From the NCBI RefSeq assembly GCF_964355755.1, contig NC_092673.1:32237648-32301647 (forward strand): DNA of 64,000 bases, given 5' to 3'. How positions within the stretch are numbered: the first letter of the stretch is position 1; each line of letters begins with the position of its first letter. This stretch comes from Antedon mediterranea (Eukaryota > Animalia > Echinodermata). The position numbers were made by a program, and so were the translations under genes. The notes below the pieces were generated by a model that saw only the letters and a program-made list of their open reading frames with translations, searched no databases and was not told the DNA's origin. Positions 50,901 through 63,998 of the stretch are shown piece after piece.

Positions 50901-53900
50901 ACGATAACTATTTGTTGCCGTATGTTAGATGCGCGTGCTCTGTGCGGAACCGCCGATTGTTTGATCATTTACTCCGTATTTTGTTTTGCGTTCAAGTTCA
51001 ATGCGAACGTATATCTAGGAGCAGCCCCGAAAAAAGCACACTGGGTGAAGGCAAATGCTTTTTGCTAGCTCTATCTATAATATTTATTTACAGCAATTTG
51101 TTGAGGAATATAAATATGTAAATAGGTGATATTGATACATTTTAGTACGTATCGGCTGGTGGTCTAGAAAAAAAATAATCGGATGCCATAATGTGAACTA
51201 CAGTACTTGATACCATAGATACTATAGTGTAAAATATTAATATTCACTATAATCCTCTATGATACATTATACTTCATAGTCACACATAAATACTGATGTA
51301 CGTCGGAAGGCTATACTTTATGCATGCTGCCTGACTGCCAGTGATCTAAACAATTATAGGTACGCAGTTGTCTGGCGGTGTCCTTTGTACGAATCGTTCG
51401 TGCGCCAGCTCGCTGTGAGACGCGTCAATATCATGTTACATGCAGGGACCAAACATTTATTTTTCAGGTTAAAATCGGCAATTCATTTGCAGCTTTTAGA
51501 AATTTACAGACACGTATCACTAGTTGACGCTCATACAGAGAAGAAGGTTCACGAACAAGTTTACGAATTTTTCAATTTACAAACAACTTTTTGTACTGTG
51601 GGGCACGTATTTGGAGGATTTTTGGAGATGAGGGTGAGGTATTGGGCATGTCGGGGATGGGGGTTTGCAGTTGGTTAAGGGGGGTTCGCTGTAAAGGGGG
51701 GGGGGGGGGGGTTCGCCCGAACCATAAAAAACCCCCCTGGCTACGGGCCTGCCATTATCCGTCTCTAAGTACATTACATCCATGTATGTGAGTGCTGGTC
51801 TTCCTTGCTCCGTCTCTAAGTACATCCATGTATGTGAGTGCTGGTCTTCCTTGCTCCGTCTCTAAGTACATCCATGTATGTGAGTGCTGGTCTTCCTTGC
51901 TCCGTCTCTAAGTACATCCATGTATGTGAGTGCTGGTCTTCCTTGCTCCGTCTCTAAGTACATCCATGTATGTGAGTGCTGGTCTTCCTTGCTCCGTCTC
52001 TAAGTACATCCATGTATGTGAGTGCTGGTCTTCCTTGCTCCGTCTCTAAGTACATCCATGTATGTGAGTGCTGGTCTTCCTTGCTCCGTCTCTAAGTACA
52101 TCCATGTATGTGAGTGCTGGTCTTCCTTGCTCCGTCTCTAAGTACATCCATGTATGTGAGTGCTGGTCTTCCTTGCTCCGTCTCTAAGTACATCCATGTA
52201 TGTGAGTGCTGGTCTTCCTTGCTCCGTCTCTAAGTACATCCATGTATGTGAGTGCTGGTCTTCCTTGCTCCGTCTCTAAGTACATCCATGTATGTGAGTG
52301 CTGGTCTTCCTTGCTCCGTCTCTAAGTACATCCATGTATGTGAGTGCTGGTCTTCCTTGCTCCGTCTCTAAGTACATCCATGTATGTGAGTGCTGGTCTT
52401 CCTTGCTCCGTCTCTAAGTACATCCATGTATGTGAGTGCTGGTCTTCCTTGCTCCGTCTCTAAGTACATCCATGTATGTGAGTGCTGGTCTTCCTTGCTC
52501 CGTCTCTAAGTACATCCATGTATGTGAGTGCTGGTCTTCCTTGCTCCGTCTCTAAGTACATCCATGTATGTGAGTGCTGGTCTTCTTTGCTCCGTCTCTA
52601 AGTACATCCATGTATGTGAGTGCTGGTCTTCTTTGCTCCGTCTCTAAGTACATCCATGTATGTGAGTGCTGGTCTTCCTTGCTCCGTCTCTAAGTACATC
52701 CATGTATGTGAGTGCTGGTCTTCCTTGCTCCGTCTCTAAGTACATCCATGTATGTGAGTGCTGGTCTTCCATGTTTTGCAAGCCCATGTAAATGTACATA
52801 ATAACCATTTGATGTTACATTGGAATTATTTTGAATTACAGGTGTGACAACGATAAGTCCGTACTGCCAAAGTGAAGATGGCCAACGAGTTGGTGACCAT
52901 TATTGTGACATAAATATGAAACCAAGTGTTGGGTTTAATGAATGCCTCAACGAACATTGTGAAGCAAGGTAACCTAGCAGATCTCCTAAGTTGTAATTTA
53001 TATATTTTTCACCAATAAAATTGTATTTTATATCATTCTAACAAGAACCCTATTAAGGGAAACCTTACAATAAAGTGTAGGTTCTTAATAGGAAGGGTGT
53101 CCCCTGAATAATGTTAATAGTGTTATTTACAATATTGTACTTATCCTCGTTGGTTTGACGAGAAATAGGACGCACTAAAATGACGTAAGCGCAACGCAAG
53201 TAATTTGACCAATCATAAGCGATGGATTTTTCGAACTGTCGCTTTTCATCGGTCAGCTCTCTTGGCGTTGCACTTTACGTCCTTGCGTTGCACTTCCTCC
53301 CTTCACTGCGTCCTAGTGGGAACCAAGCTTTAATAGAAGTATCCTGAATAAGAATGTCCCAAAGAAGGGGTTCTATTGTAGTCCTTTTTTCTTCCCGATT
53401 CTCAAAATTGAAAGATATTGTATTGTTTCAGATGGGAGGTTAGTAAATGGAGCGGATGTTCCAAGACTTGCGATGAAGGACGAATAACCCGTCTTATTAA
53501 TTGTTGGCGAATGATCAAACCTGGGCTGGATACGTCTGTAGACAGTGGACAATGTGCTCACATTCCTAAACCGAATTCATCCGAACCTTGTGAGAATATG
53601 CCGTGTACACCAACATGGCGGTCCTCCGAGTGGAAAAGTGTAAGCGACTAACTCTCTCTGAGTGACAAATTCAGAAATTAAGATTGTGGCCACAGTGGCC
53701 ACTCATTTTATTTCGATCATTAGGCCTATATAGGCCTAGATTTGAAGAAATGTTGAATATGAAACTTCTGCTGTAAAATATATTTGTTTTCATTTACAAT
53801 ATTTGTTAATATTTAATTCTTTATATAATATAATAAAGCTCTGTCTACACTATCAAACTTTATGTGACAAAAAAGTGTGATGTGCCCAAATATGGTAGTG

Positions 53901-56900
53901 ATATGCTTATATATGGTCGTGATACGACATCCTCATTTCCATATATGGGCACATCACATTTTTTTAAACATTCATTTATTTATTCATTTATTTATTCCAC
54001 ATTTATTTAGTCATCAATTACAGTACATCATAATTACAGTACAACTGAGAACAGGGATCCTGCATAAAAAAGCTGTAGCTTCGTTTTTTTGTAGGACCCT
54101 TTTACATAAGAACAAGTATATAGAACTTAAATAAACAAAGGTGTTGTTAATCAGCATATAGTGTTAAAAAGTATTTTTTGACCTGTTTTTTTATACATTT
54201 ATTTTGTTTCTTTAAGATAACCGGTTTATTACCACCATTACAAGTGAATTCTTTCCACAATTTTGATTCAGTTTGATAGTGTAGACAGAGTTTTACACAT
54301 ATAAAGTGACGATTTATTTTATATATAAAAATTGATAAATATATCTTAGTGTAATGTTAGCTGTGGAGAAGGATACGAGACCAGAGATGTGAGCTGTGTT
54401 GGGCCATTCAACGTGGCTTGTGATCAGAGCACCAAACCCGTGGCTGAGAAACGATGCGACGCTGGCAGATGCAAGTACCAATGGCATGCGTTATCGGACT
54501 GGACATTGGTAAGTTAGTTATACAGTACTGAAAACTGGTTGTAAGGAATCTTATAAAGAGGTAGGCCTACACGTTATATAAGATCAATTTGTATTGGTCG
54601 ATTCGTTACGCGCGCGTATAAAACCCTAATATTTTCATCAAAATCTGATGCTCTTTCCACTATCCAACTAGTTCGACAACAAAAATGTAATGTGCCCATA
54701 TAGTGATATGCTCAAATATAGTAGTGATATGCCCAAATATGGTAGTGATATGCCCAAATATGGTATGACATCCCCAAATATGGTATGACATCGTCATGTT
54801 CATACAGCATATGGGCTTATCACATTTTTTCACATAAAGTTTGATAGTGTAGACAGGACTTTAGGCGTTGATGATGTCACATGTGCGTCGATTACGATTG
54901 GTGTACACTAGAGCAATATAAGCTATTCTACAGTGCATACATAAAATGCGCTCAACACTAATTTGTTGTAAATTTTCAAATCAATCAATCGTTCAATTTA
55001 TATAGTCATTATCATACAGTCATTGCTCATGCATGGCGCTTCAAACGCCTTAGAATTACTAACAATTAAAGCCACACTCTTTGTAACCGAAACGTTGAGA
55101 AAATATCACCCATACGTTGCTACACATGTTATGTTATTGCATCTCTATTGCATTATTTGTTAAATTGTTTGACATTTGTTTGACATTGGTTTAACTGTAT
55201 TCTAATTATTTTATTAGTGTCCCGGCATTTGCGGCGTACAAACGAGAAATCTGGAATGTAGGGATTATAATGGTACGACTGTTACGTCACAGTTTTGTCA
55301 AGAAATTGAGCAACGTTATGAAGGTCAATTATGCGGAGCTAAGACTTGCTCAAATCGTTGGGTTCCTCAACCTTGGTCACCTGTAAGTTAAAAGCTCTGT
55401 CCACACTATCAAACCATGACGTGTGACGTACCCTAATATGGTAGTGATATGACATCATCATTTTTTTGTCACATAAAGTTTGATAGTGTAGACAGGGCTT
55501 TAGATTTTTGTTATTATTGTTTAATAATATTTGTTTCAATTGAGGATGATTTAGGTTCTCTATTATAATATAGTACAGTATAATTATGTTGGAATGTTAA
55601 ATACATTTTTCTAGTGCTCTGCCAAATGTGGACAGGGAACGCGCACGCGCACTGTGATATGTGCTTCTGTTGAATCCAATAAGATGGTTGTCCACCCAGA
55701 GAATGCAGGTTACTGTTCAGGAATTATGCCATCGAGATCATCACGTTGTTATAATGGCAATTGCGTCAGCAGGACGGTTGGACAGTGGTTTACATCGAAA
55801 TGGTCAGAGGTAAGATATAGTTACTATTTCACAGTGTGTTATTATGCAGTAAGGTTCACATCGGAAAGTTTTCAGATGTGTGTTGAAATATAATTACTAG
55901 TGGCTGCTTTTGTGTGTATTTGTTTTGTGGTGTTGGTTGACATTGTAATGTGGATTGGTAAGCAATTTCGTACAATACTGAACATTTACAAACAACGATA
56001 CCAAACCATAAAACCATTAAACTAAAATAATTGATCATAAATAATTATTTCTATTAAATAGAATATTAATAAAAAAAAACATCATTACGTAAAAAAGTCG
56101 AGCGGCGTTTTTTGTAAGATATAGTTCTTGTTTTATGTTTAGACCACCAGTCGTCGTTTCGATTTTTGTCTGAGAGCTCAAGTAGTATACGTATGAAACG
56201 CCATATGTGCCAAAATATTTACATTTGTACTAATTTCGGTCTACAACCAGACTATCCTATAACAACTGTGTTCTTGTTTTTCTTGCAGTGTTCTGTGACG
56301 TGCGGGAATGGCTATCGACACAGAGACGTCAAATGTTACTATAAAGGTGTCGAAGTCAATGGATGCATCAATGGTTCGAAACCAGTGTCACAAATGGTTT
56401 GTCACAAATCTGCCTGTTTATTAGTAGCAGCCGCCACAAAATCAGGTTAGTTTAATTTGTTATTACATTTTAAGTGTTTAAATAATACAGAATACTTATG
56501 AAATAAATATGACAATAGGGCAAGATGTGTTACATTTGACTATGTTGCATTTCTGACATTTACTGCGGCTATTACTCAAAGTAACATTTCATTTTCTGTA
56601 AGTTTATCATAATAAATTAACAATAATTTGATTAAACTTAGAGAGGGGAAAACAAATCTTGTGTAAGGCAGCCCAAGAAACTATATTTTTTTATGATTAT
56701 ATTTATATTTTCGATGATCAACTTTTGACTTTCAACACATGACGTCACTTAGTTTTGATCGTGGTCGCCCTGCATGAAAGTTGTCTGCATGCTTGCCTTA
56801 GTCTTATAACCCTGGCCACAAAATGGGTCTCTAGTATGCCTATACCATTATCCCTCCATTTTATTCATTTTTACAGTATGTAGAGATGAGCCTGGACAAA

Positions 56901-56989
56901 GCTGTCCTTACATTCGTGCTTACTCTATAGGCTTATGCCGACTAAAAATGTATAGTGATACGTGCTGTGAAACATGTGCGGCGCTTTAA
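41291..56989 (+). CDS. ADAMTSL2: ADAMTS-like protein 2-like (signal peptide, TSR, Cys-rich, spacer, low-complexity insert, 6 TSRs, PLAC; no metalloprotease domain)
   Basis: 17 in-phase exons: 41291-41401, 44362-44447, 44615-44675, 45725-45821, 45944-46083, 47834-47957, 48452-48529, 48894-49081, 49201-49978, 50409-50564, 52842-52968, 53432-53639, 54350-54508, 55218-55382, 55615-55809, 56289-56445, 56877-56989. Motifs VGCDGILNS..DVCGVCGG, GYNKVVEIPTGAKNI, CWRMIKPGLDTSV (cf. ADAMTSL2 CWKMLSPGFDSSV), terminal CCETC. Confidence 0.85.
42943..43393. repeat. 107-bp tandem repeat, 4 copies
   Basis: agactgcccacgtataggcctacggtacg.. at 42953, 43060, 43167, 43274. Confidence 0.9.
45018..45602 (+). mobile_element. 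Helentron-associated (HINE/DINE-like) non-autonomous element
   Basis: 5' TTACCTCCGCCAAGGAGGT hairpin, (GT)n microsatellite, subterminal inverted repeat GGCGGAGGT at ~45568, 3' hairpin ACTCTCGGAGT, then CTAGTT. Confidence 0.8.
46190..47140. mobile_element. Cluster of Harbinger-like MITE family B copies
   Basis: TIR AGC(T/G)TGGTTCCCACTAG; complete copy 46644-46835 with TAA TSD, plus several partial or tandem copies. Confidence 0.8.
50736..51751. mobile_element. hAT-like non-autonomous element
   Basis: CAGGGCCGTAGCCAGG...CCTGGCTACGGGCCTG; ccatt on both flanks; TSD length uncertain. Confidence 0.7.
51758..52770. repeat. 46-bp minisatellite, ~22 near-identical copies
   Basis: (catccatgtatgtgagtgctggtcttccttgctccgtctctaagta)n. 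Confidence 0.97.
53175..53329. mobile_element. Harbinger-like MITE family B (partial)
   Basis: gacgtaagcgcaacgcaag..ctagtgggaaccaagct. Confidence 0.7.
53837..54291. mobile_element. Harbinger-like MITE family A, interrupted by a ~300-bp insert
   Basis: Left end agctctgtctacactatcaaac; right end gtttgatagtgtagacagagt displaced. Confidence 0.65.
54649..54861. mobile_element. Harbinger-like MITE family A
   Basis: Expanded internal atatgcccaaatatggtagtg repeats; tttgatagtgtagacagg end. Confidence 0.7.
55393..55499. mobile_element. Harbinger-like MITE family A
   Basis: AGCTCTGTCCACACT...GTGTAGACAGGGCT. Confidence 0.8.
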
Positions 56990-57795
56990 TCATCACCGCT
57001 TCGTTGTGGCAGAGGTGGACGCTTTTATACGTATTTAGAAACACGTGTTACGTAATTTGATGGCTTGTTTAACACAAATAGAGAATAATTCGATAATGAA
57101 AAATGTGTTTGTTTGTGACAATTACCATTTGTGTTTTTAACCAAGCAGTTTTAATTTATATCATAAATAGTGGTTTTTAGCGAAGTAAGCTATAGGCCTA
57201 GTGACATTATCACAAAAAGAAACATGCATTTCGCCATTTTTTTATTACATACCGTAATGTTTTGCTATGACACAGGTAAGTTTAAAAGAAATAGCACTAA
57301 TTGTAAATAGACTATGTTCAGTTGAAGGTTATTGCGCTATTGCTGTTATTACTCTAATATTATTTACATTTATCCGTAATTATTTTATGTAGGCCTATAA
57401 ACTAGAGGACTACAGTGTAATTGACGTTTTATTGTGTGTTTTTTATGTACTTTATTGTAAGTTGTATTGTATGTTTGTAAACTAGTTGCCGTCATAATTA
57501 CGTTCAATTCATACAACGAATGGTTTCAAATCATAACATTGTCATCACAATCTATAATATATCTCACCCACAAAAAGGATGACGTCGTGTGAATTGTTGT
57601 CTATATCTGGAACTGAGACCGAGAATTTAACAGGTTAAATTAATGTATTAATGGACCGAGCATAATTGGATGCTAAAGACTGTCTCTTGGATGCGACTGG
57701 CATTAGTGGGGTGAAAAAAACTGTACTGTATGATTTACACGTAAACATGTGTCCTATAACATACGCCCTATACATTTACAAAACTTAGTTTCTTA

Positions 57796-57974
57796 AGCGT
57801 GGTTCCCACTAGCGACGCAACACAAGGACGTAACGCAACGCAAGTGAATTGACCAATCACAAGCGATGGCTTATTCGCTTGTGGTTGCAAACTGTCTATA
57901 ACTTCGCATGCCATTGGTTAAAACGCTTGCGTTGCGTTTACGTCCTTGCGTTACGTTCTAGTGGGAACCAAGCT
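57796..57974. mobile_element. Harbinger-like MITE family B
   Basis: AGCGTGGTTCCCACTAG...CTAGTGGGAACCAAGCT; near-identical to 46644-46835. Confidence 0.85.
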
Positions 57975-58781
57975 GTAAGATATGAAGTGTTTTAAGTGTA
58001 GGTAACTCCCATGCCCCATGATATTATTATCTCCCAACGTAATTTTAGAGCAAAACAATTACTTTAATAAATCAATAATTCCATTTATGATATTTGTTAA
58101 TAGATCGCATTGAATATTAATATTTTATAACATCTATGTCTATCTAACTATGTACAGATTAAAAGAAACAGTGTGTAGTTGTAATATATCTGTTTTCTAT
58201 GAATCAGTAATGATCAATACGTCACACAATATCATTTTCCTCTAATCGTCTAAACGATTTGCGCACAGTATAATTCTGCGGATCCTCAGCAAATCGAATG
58301 CGCAAACCGTATAGTAAAAAAAAACTACGTCGCGTCATGAGATCGGAAGGTCACAATTTATTTTGTTTGCAGGAGTTTCAGTTATAATTTTTTAACTCTT
58401 TAAATAATTATAACGCAGTACAGTATTTTAAAGAAATAATCATCATTATCGTCGATATTGTGTAGGCCTAGGCCTACTTTATACTAATATGTAACAACGT
58501 CACACAATTACTATTTCACCGCGTTACTGAGAAATTGACCGCAGGGCACCACTCAGTAGTTTGACTGACAGACATATCATATCCATCGTCGGATTCATTA
58601 CCGTATCCAATATAGGCCTGATAAATTAATACCACAACAGCCGTCTAAATTAACTGCTGACAGGTATCTCAACGTATGTTCTTGATGACAATAATTGTTC
58701 GCAGGTAGTCATAGTAATTGGCTCTATTTCAATTATTTGTCTTTTGAAATTCTTTTGAAATTCTGGCAAAATTCAACAGGC

Positions 58782-59737
58782 TTATATTATACAGATATTG
58801 ACTGCTTAGAGGTTAAATATAAGATTTGACATCCCCGAGGGAATGATATTAAGTTCGAGGGAATATATATTTCCCGAAGCGCCAGCTGAGGGAAATATAT
58901 ATTCCCCGAGAACTTAATATCATTCCCGAGGGGATGTCAAATCTTATATTTAACCGATATAAAAGGCAATATCTGTTATATTATATAGCCAAGAACAAGT
59001 CTGCTGGGTTGGGTGAAGCTAGGCTAGCTAGGCCTCCTTATAGTATTTGTATTGTATTTAAAACAAGCCTGCCTAGACACCTTACCTTGCGAAGAATAAT
59101 ATACAGATAATTACTAATTAATGATTCCTTGGCAATAAAATATTCACTTAGGCCTAGGTCGTTTAAATTAACAGAAGAATTTCCATCAATAAGCCTATTA
59201 ATAATAATATTATAATCAGGTAGGCCGAATAAACAATTCGTCGTCTTCTCGATCTTCGAGGAGCCGAATCACCGGATGTTCAGCGCGTACTAGTTACTAG
59301 GTTACTACCGTGAGTTTTGACCAATCATAAACGGTGTTTCATCACATTTAGGGTGGACTTATAACAAATGAGGGCGCTATGTATGCATAGCTTAAATAGT
59401 TTAGAAGATTAATTTCTTCAAGCAAATTCCGTGGCCCAGCGGATGAAACGTCGTCTTGCGATGGAGTGACAATTCCACCCGAGTTCAAGATCGAGTAGAT
59501 GACTTTTGTTTATTTATCGGCAAACTCGAGTGTTGCACACGAAAATTACACAGTCAATATCATCGTACTCGAGAATTTATATGATTAATGACAGGGGACA
59601 CGATTATTACGCGAAAATTACACAGTCAATATCATCGTTCTCGAGGATATATACGATTTACGATCCTCGCAGCGGTAGTCATGTGATGCAGTTTCAACCA
59701 ATCACGTTCGCGTATTTACATAGGCTATGTAATATAA
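58782..59737. mobile_element. Unclassified repeat with long terminal hairpin and split inverted repeats
   Basis: 145-bp hairpin 58811-58955; ttatattatatagcc (58976-58990) is inverted at 59723-59737. Confidence 0.55.
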
Positions 59738-61241
59738 CTAACTAACTAATTAGAATGTTTTATTTGTTTGTTTTCTTCAGCAATTTACAAGCTATTTAAA
59801 ATACAAAGAAGAAAATAAAAGCACACCAATCGTCATCATAAAGCATCATTAAAAGTCTGCCTCTATATCCACAAAATCTGAAAGTATAATATGTTGTTTT
59901 TTTCCGACTAAACAGTATTATAATAAAACAGCGAACATTTCGTTGTAATAACAATATTTAATCGTGTTTACTGTATAAGACAAACATAATGTTAGTATAA
60001 CATTACAATGAATATGGGCAAGGCGAAGCACACGACACAGAATCTATTTCAGAAAACATAAACACGGGTGTATTATTATACCAAAACGTTTCGATTAGTC
60101 AACTCTCTACCAGCCTCGCGTGCCTTTTGTATGGGACTTACTAAATGAATACAAGAGACACGTATATATAATGATGATGAGGGATAAAGGAATAAAGATG
60201 CACTCAAATAATTATTTTTTAAAACACATTTCAAGGGAAAACAAGAAATGCTTTGCAGTTGTTTTCTGTTTAATTTTAGTAACATCATCATTAGTTATAA
60301 TCTTTTAATTGAAGTAGACACTCTTATCTGTTTAATAGCACACTTTTATCTGTAATATTACAGCTACTGGTATAAATACGTGCAGAACGGTATAACATAA
60401 TGGGATTAATTTTAACCTTTAGACAACATAATATATATATTTGCTTTTAGCATATATCATTGTTTGTCAACTTTAAGAAAACGTGTGATATTGGTGGTAT
60501 ATTATTTAACTCTAGAGTTCTCCATTATTTAACAAAGACCAATGTTATTGGTTTGTAGGCTAAGTGTTATTCAAACATCTCACACAGTGTCACAAACGTT
60601 GACACGAGCATCGTAGAAAACGAGCGTCGTAGAAAAGATGAAGGTGTATGCACGAACGTTATAAGCTTCCTTTAGTTTCAGTGACGAATGGATATCCTAA
60701 TTAGGCAGTACCGAAAATAGGCCTAAATCTAATCCGATCCATTCTAATGATAATAATCCTCAAACTGAAATAGCGAAATGTTAAACAGATTCACAAATGT
60801 TAAGGCACAGACGTTATTAGGCATTTTATAAAAGGCCACCACCAGCTATTCACAATAACATAGCAATGGCGTAACTTTGCATAAGTCAAAAGTTAAAATG
60901 TCGAAAATTCACTGTAAATTCTCAAAATGTATTCCATGCACATTATTTCACAAAAATGTTCACTTTTCAAATATATCTTTCCTGATATGGAAGGCCTAGA
61001 AGGCCTATATGAACATTCTTAGTAGGCGCCTGTTTCGATGACATTCTCATCCAATTTGCTACGGTACTATACGGCAAAAAGCAATAAAAACTAGAGTACT
61101 GTACAGTTCACATTACAATCAGTGTAGTTATTATTGATAACCAGTGTATTCCTTCCATCCTTGTTTCATGCATCAGAAACTGTGTTATGTACAAACAAAC
61201 ATTTTTCAAGTTAATCTAAAAACTTTCATTCAATTTCAAAA

Positions 61242-63998
61242 TTATTCAAATTCTCCGTCCATATCAATATCGTCCAACAATCCTGGATTCGTTACCCAAC
61301 CGAGAGCGTCAGGATCTGATTCCGGCATGATCAAACACATAAACGGACGATTAGTGTTCCCTTCTTTCGGATAAATAGTAGTAGGTGGAAAACTTTCATG
61401 GTATTCGACCCAACGGCATAACGCACTGTAAATTGCAGGGAACTGATGACGTAGCTTTACCTCCCGTTGCCTCAGATGACGTTGTATGTTGACGAAGCAC
61501 ACTTGGCGCAACTTTCGGTCGCGCGTACCGTCAGGAGGTAGTCCAGGCGGCATTGTCAAGATCAGTGTTTCACCAGTTGTCTCGTTCGCCCTTGTGTTGG
61601 GCTTGGCCACATGGGTTTCACACAGAGAAAACCTAGCACATTTTTTGATTGCGGTGCCTTGTCGGCGTGGAACGGGTTTCTTGGGTATTTCCATTCCAAT
61701 ATTCACGATGATATTTATAATAAATGACGTATTTGGGTCATATTCTTGACATACAGACAGTAAGGAATGTGTATGTTCGTTTGGTTCTTGAGTTTTTTCA
61801 AGCTCTCTGACTGTAATGTACGAAGGAGGTGACGGAACTGCACGGAGTCCATAATGAAAAAACAACCGCGCTGCTATTTCGTTTGGAAATACAATCAAAA
61901 TAGAACCTCGTCCGTGTGAAAGGAAGCATGTCCGTGCAATTTTCGAAAGTGTATAGTGCGTTGAACCGTCGTCACGACATACAGCTATTGCACGTTTACA
62001 CGAACTACTTACGCGAGCAAAAATACACCTTTGTTTGTGTTGTTCCCAATGTTCAATACGACAGTCACGTGAACAATAGTAGGTATAGCAATGGTGGCAG
62101 TTTTTAAAAGATTTCTTTGCTTCTTCGAGATTTGCCGAAGTTCTACATTTACGACAATGCACGACGTGTGTTTTATCGTCCGTTGTTGTGTCTGTTTGCT
62201 TCTTGGCGGCATCATTTTGTTTACGTCTGGCAGATGCCATAACAGAAGATGAATCGCTTTCAGATGACGGTAAGAGTGATGATGACGATTGTGCACTTTC
62301 GTTGTAAGAAAAATTTGAAGAGTTATTCAAACTTGCCGTGGTTAGACCAAGAAGTCCGTCTATGATATTCTCCATAACGACCGCTTTCTCTTTATCTTCT
62401 GAATCCGATCTTCGATCAGATTCGTGGAGACGTTTTTCAAATTCCTCTTCATCAATATTATTATTATGAGAATCATCTAAGCGTGTGTCGGTTATACTTA
62501 TTGAAAGTCCGTTCTTTTTACCGTTAGCTAATAAGTTATCGCGCGATCGGTTTATAACCGGAAATCGCGGCGAATTTTTAGATCCAAGACCAGAATCCCG
62601 AGGAGAAGTCCTACCTTTCCCGCTTTTTACAAGACTATCTGATTTCTGTTTCAATACGTCATCATAACTCGATGATACATTTCTACTTCCAAGATTTGTC
62701 AATGAGTTTAATGGGAAAGCAGATGGTTTGTGTTTCTTTTTGTGTTCTACGTGTGGTGGTGCGCTGTGTGTAATAGACGGTACGTATAGGCTGTCCGATT
62801 GAGCTGCTGACTCTTCGTAACTACGGAACGATTCTGAATCTTGCCCGGATGACATATTATCGAGATTTATTGCGCTGTCATTAGTGATATCCGGCGATAA
62901 ATTACCCTGATTATCAGACAATTGGTCACTCACCTTTTCCTCACCACATCTTACAATCGATGCGTAATATTCAACATGGTCCGATTCCTTATAAAATTCC
63001 GTTGATTCTGGTGACGTTTCATGGCGCGTACTAGTATCGTCTGCTGTTCCTTCTTTTAAAGTTTGTGGCGTACCATAGACTAGCTTATATGTGTATGGAT
63101 TATGTTTATACTTTACTTCATCAGGGTAAGAATCATCCCTATTGTTATGCACAGAATTGTTTGTTTCTATTTGCTTCTCAATTTCATTGTTATTTTCACG
63201 TCTTGCACCGCCGTTGACACCGGAATATGACCCTCGAATTGGGTTTGAACAATTAGTCTCCTTTTGTTTCGTGTCTTTGTTTTCAACATGTACACTCGTA
63301 ATATAAAATGTAGCAGTACCTTTATTTGACCTCTGCCGCTGAATTTTGAAATTATTCATCGGGATCGGATCCATATTCACGAGATCTGACTCGGACTGTG
63401 GTCTCTCCGTTATTCTGGATTGTTCTAAACGTTCCTGTCCAGCTATATCATCACTATGTCCACTGTTCAATATCGTAGTTTTGTCTTTTTCTCTAGCCAA
63501 ACGATGAATATCGTAGTTACTTTGTGTTTTCAAATACGATGAGGACACAGCCTTGTTACGATATTCGTCGCTGGGACTACTCCGCATCGCTAAATGCTGC
63601 GCAGAATAATAATACTTAGCTTTTCGTTCGTATGACATCCTCGTACTTATTGACTTTGTGCTGCTACAGTCGCTGTCACTTCCAAATGACGAAGACTTTG
63701 GTCGGCTATAAAACGAATTTTGTCCATAAACAGTTCCACTATCCGATCGTAAAACCTTCCCTTCTGCCATATTTTTCATTTTTCGTTTATGCACGTCGGA
63801 TTTTTTATACCATTCAGGTAATTGTAGATTTTTTAAAGAGTCTAGTACTCTTTTCTCGTGTACAGATAACCTTCGACTTTCTTTGGTTTTATCACTGGCG
63901 ACACTTTCGAGTGATCCTGAAATTTCATAGTTGCTAGGCTTCCTATCATTGGGTAAGCGGTCACTAGCTTCGACATTCCTCAAGTTTGTAGATTTTTC
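61242..63998 (-). CDS. AJM1: Apical junction component 1 homolog-like (MYND-type zinc finger), 5' part outside window
   Basis: ORF of >913 aa open to the window edge; disordered N-terminal part, then FKNCHHCYTYYCSRDCRIEHWEQHKQRC, LSKIARTCFLSHGRG, RQVCFVNIQRHLRQREVKLRHQFP, FMCLIMP, as recalled for the AJM-1/C9orf172 C-terminus. Confidence 0.8.
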   Translation of the reverse strand, partial: EKSTNLRNVEASDRLPNDRKPSNYEISGSLESVASDKTKESRRLSVHEKRVLDSLKNLQLPEWYKKSDVHKRKMKNMAEGKVLRSDSGTVYGQNSFYSRPKSSSFGSDSDCSSTKSISTRMSYERKAKYYYSAQHLAMRSSPSDEYRNKAVSSSYLKTQSNYDIHRLAREKDKTTILNSGHSDDIAGQERLEQSRITERPQSESDLVNMDPIPMNNFKIQRQRSNKGTATFYITSVHVENKDTKQKETNCSNPIRGSYSGVNGGARRENNNEIEKQIETNNSVHNNRDDSYPDEVKYKHNPYTYKLVYGTPQTLKEGTADDTSTRHETSPESTEFYKESDHVEYYASIVRCGEEKVSDQLSDNQGNLSPDITNDSAINLDNMSSGQDSESFRSYEESAAQSDSLYVPSITHSAPPHVEHKKKHKPSAFPLNSLTNLGSRNVSSSYDDVLKQKSDSLVKSGKGRTSPRDSGLGSKNSPRFPVINRSRDNLLANGKKNGLSISITDTRLDDSHNNNIDEEEFEKRLHESDRRSDSEDKEKAVVMENIIDGLLGLTTASLNNSSNFSYNESAQSSSSLLPSSESDSSSVMASARRKQNDAAKKQTDTTTDDKTHVVHCRKCRTSANLEEAKKSFKNCHHCYTYYCSRDCRIEHWEQHKQRCIFARVSSSCKRAIAVCRDDGSTHYTLSKIARTCFLSHGRGSILIVFPNEIAARLFFHYGLRAVPSPPSYITVRELEKTQEPNEHTHSLLSVCQEYDPNTSFIINIIVNIGMEIPKKPVPRRQGTAIKKCARFSLCETHVAKPNTRANETTGETLILTMPPGLPPDGTRDRKLRQVCFVNIQRHLRQREVKLRHQFPAIYSALCRWVEYHESFPPTTIYPKEGNTNRPFMCLIMPESDPDALGWVTNPGLLDDIDMDGEFE

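Noticed and set aside
51360-51420. Alternative TSR exon (GTQLSGGVLC...)
   Set aside because: Reaches a stop after ~19 codons and lies inside the hAT-like element
61486-63937. Short plus-strand and alternate-frame ORFs
   Set aside because: Shadows of the long AJM1-like ORF
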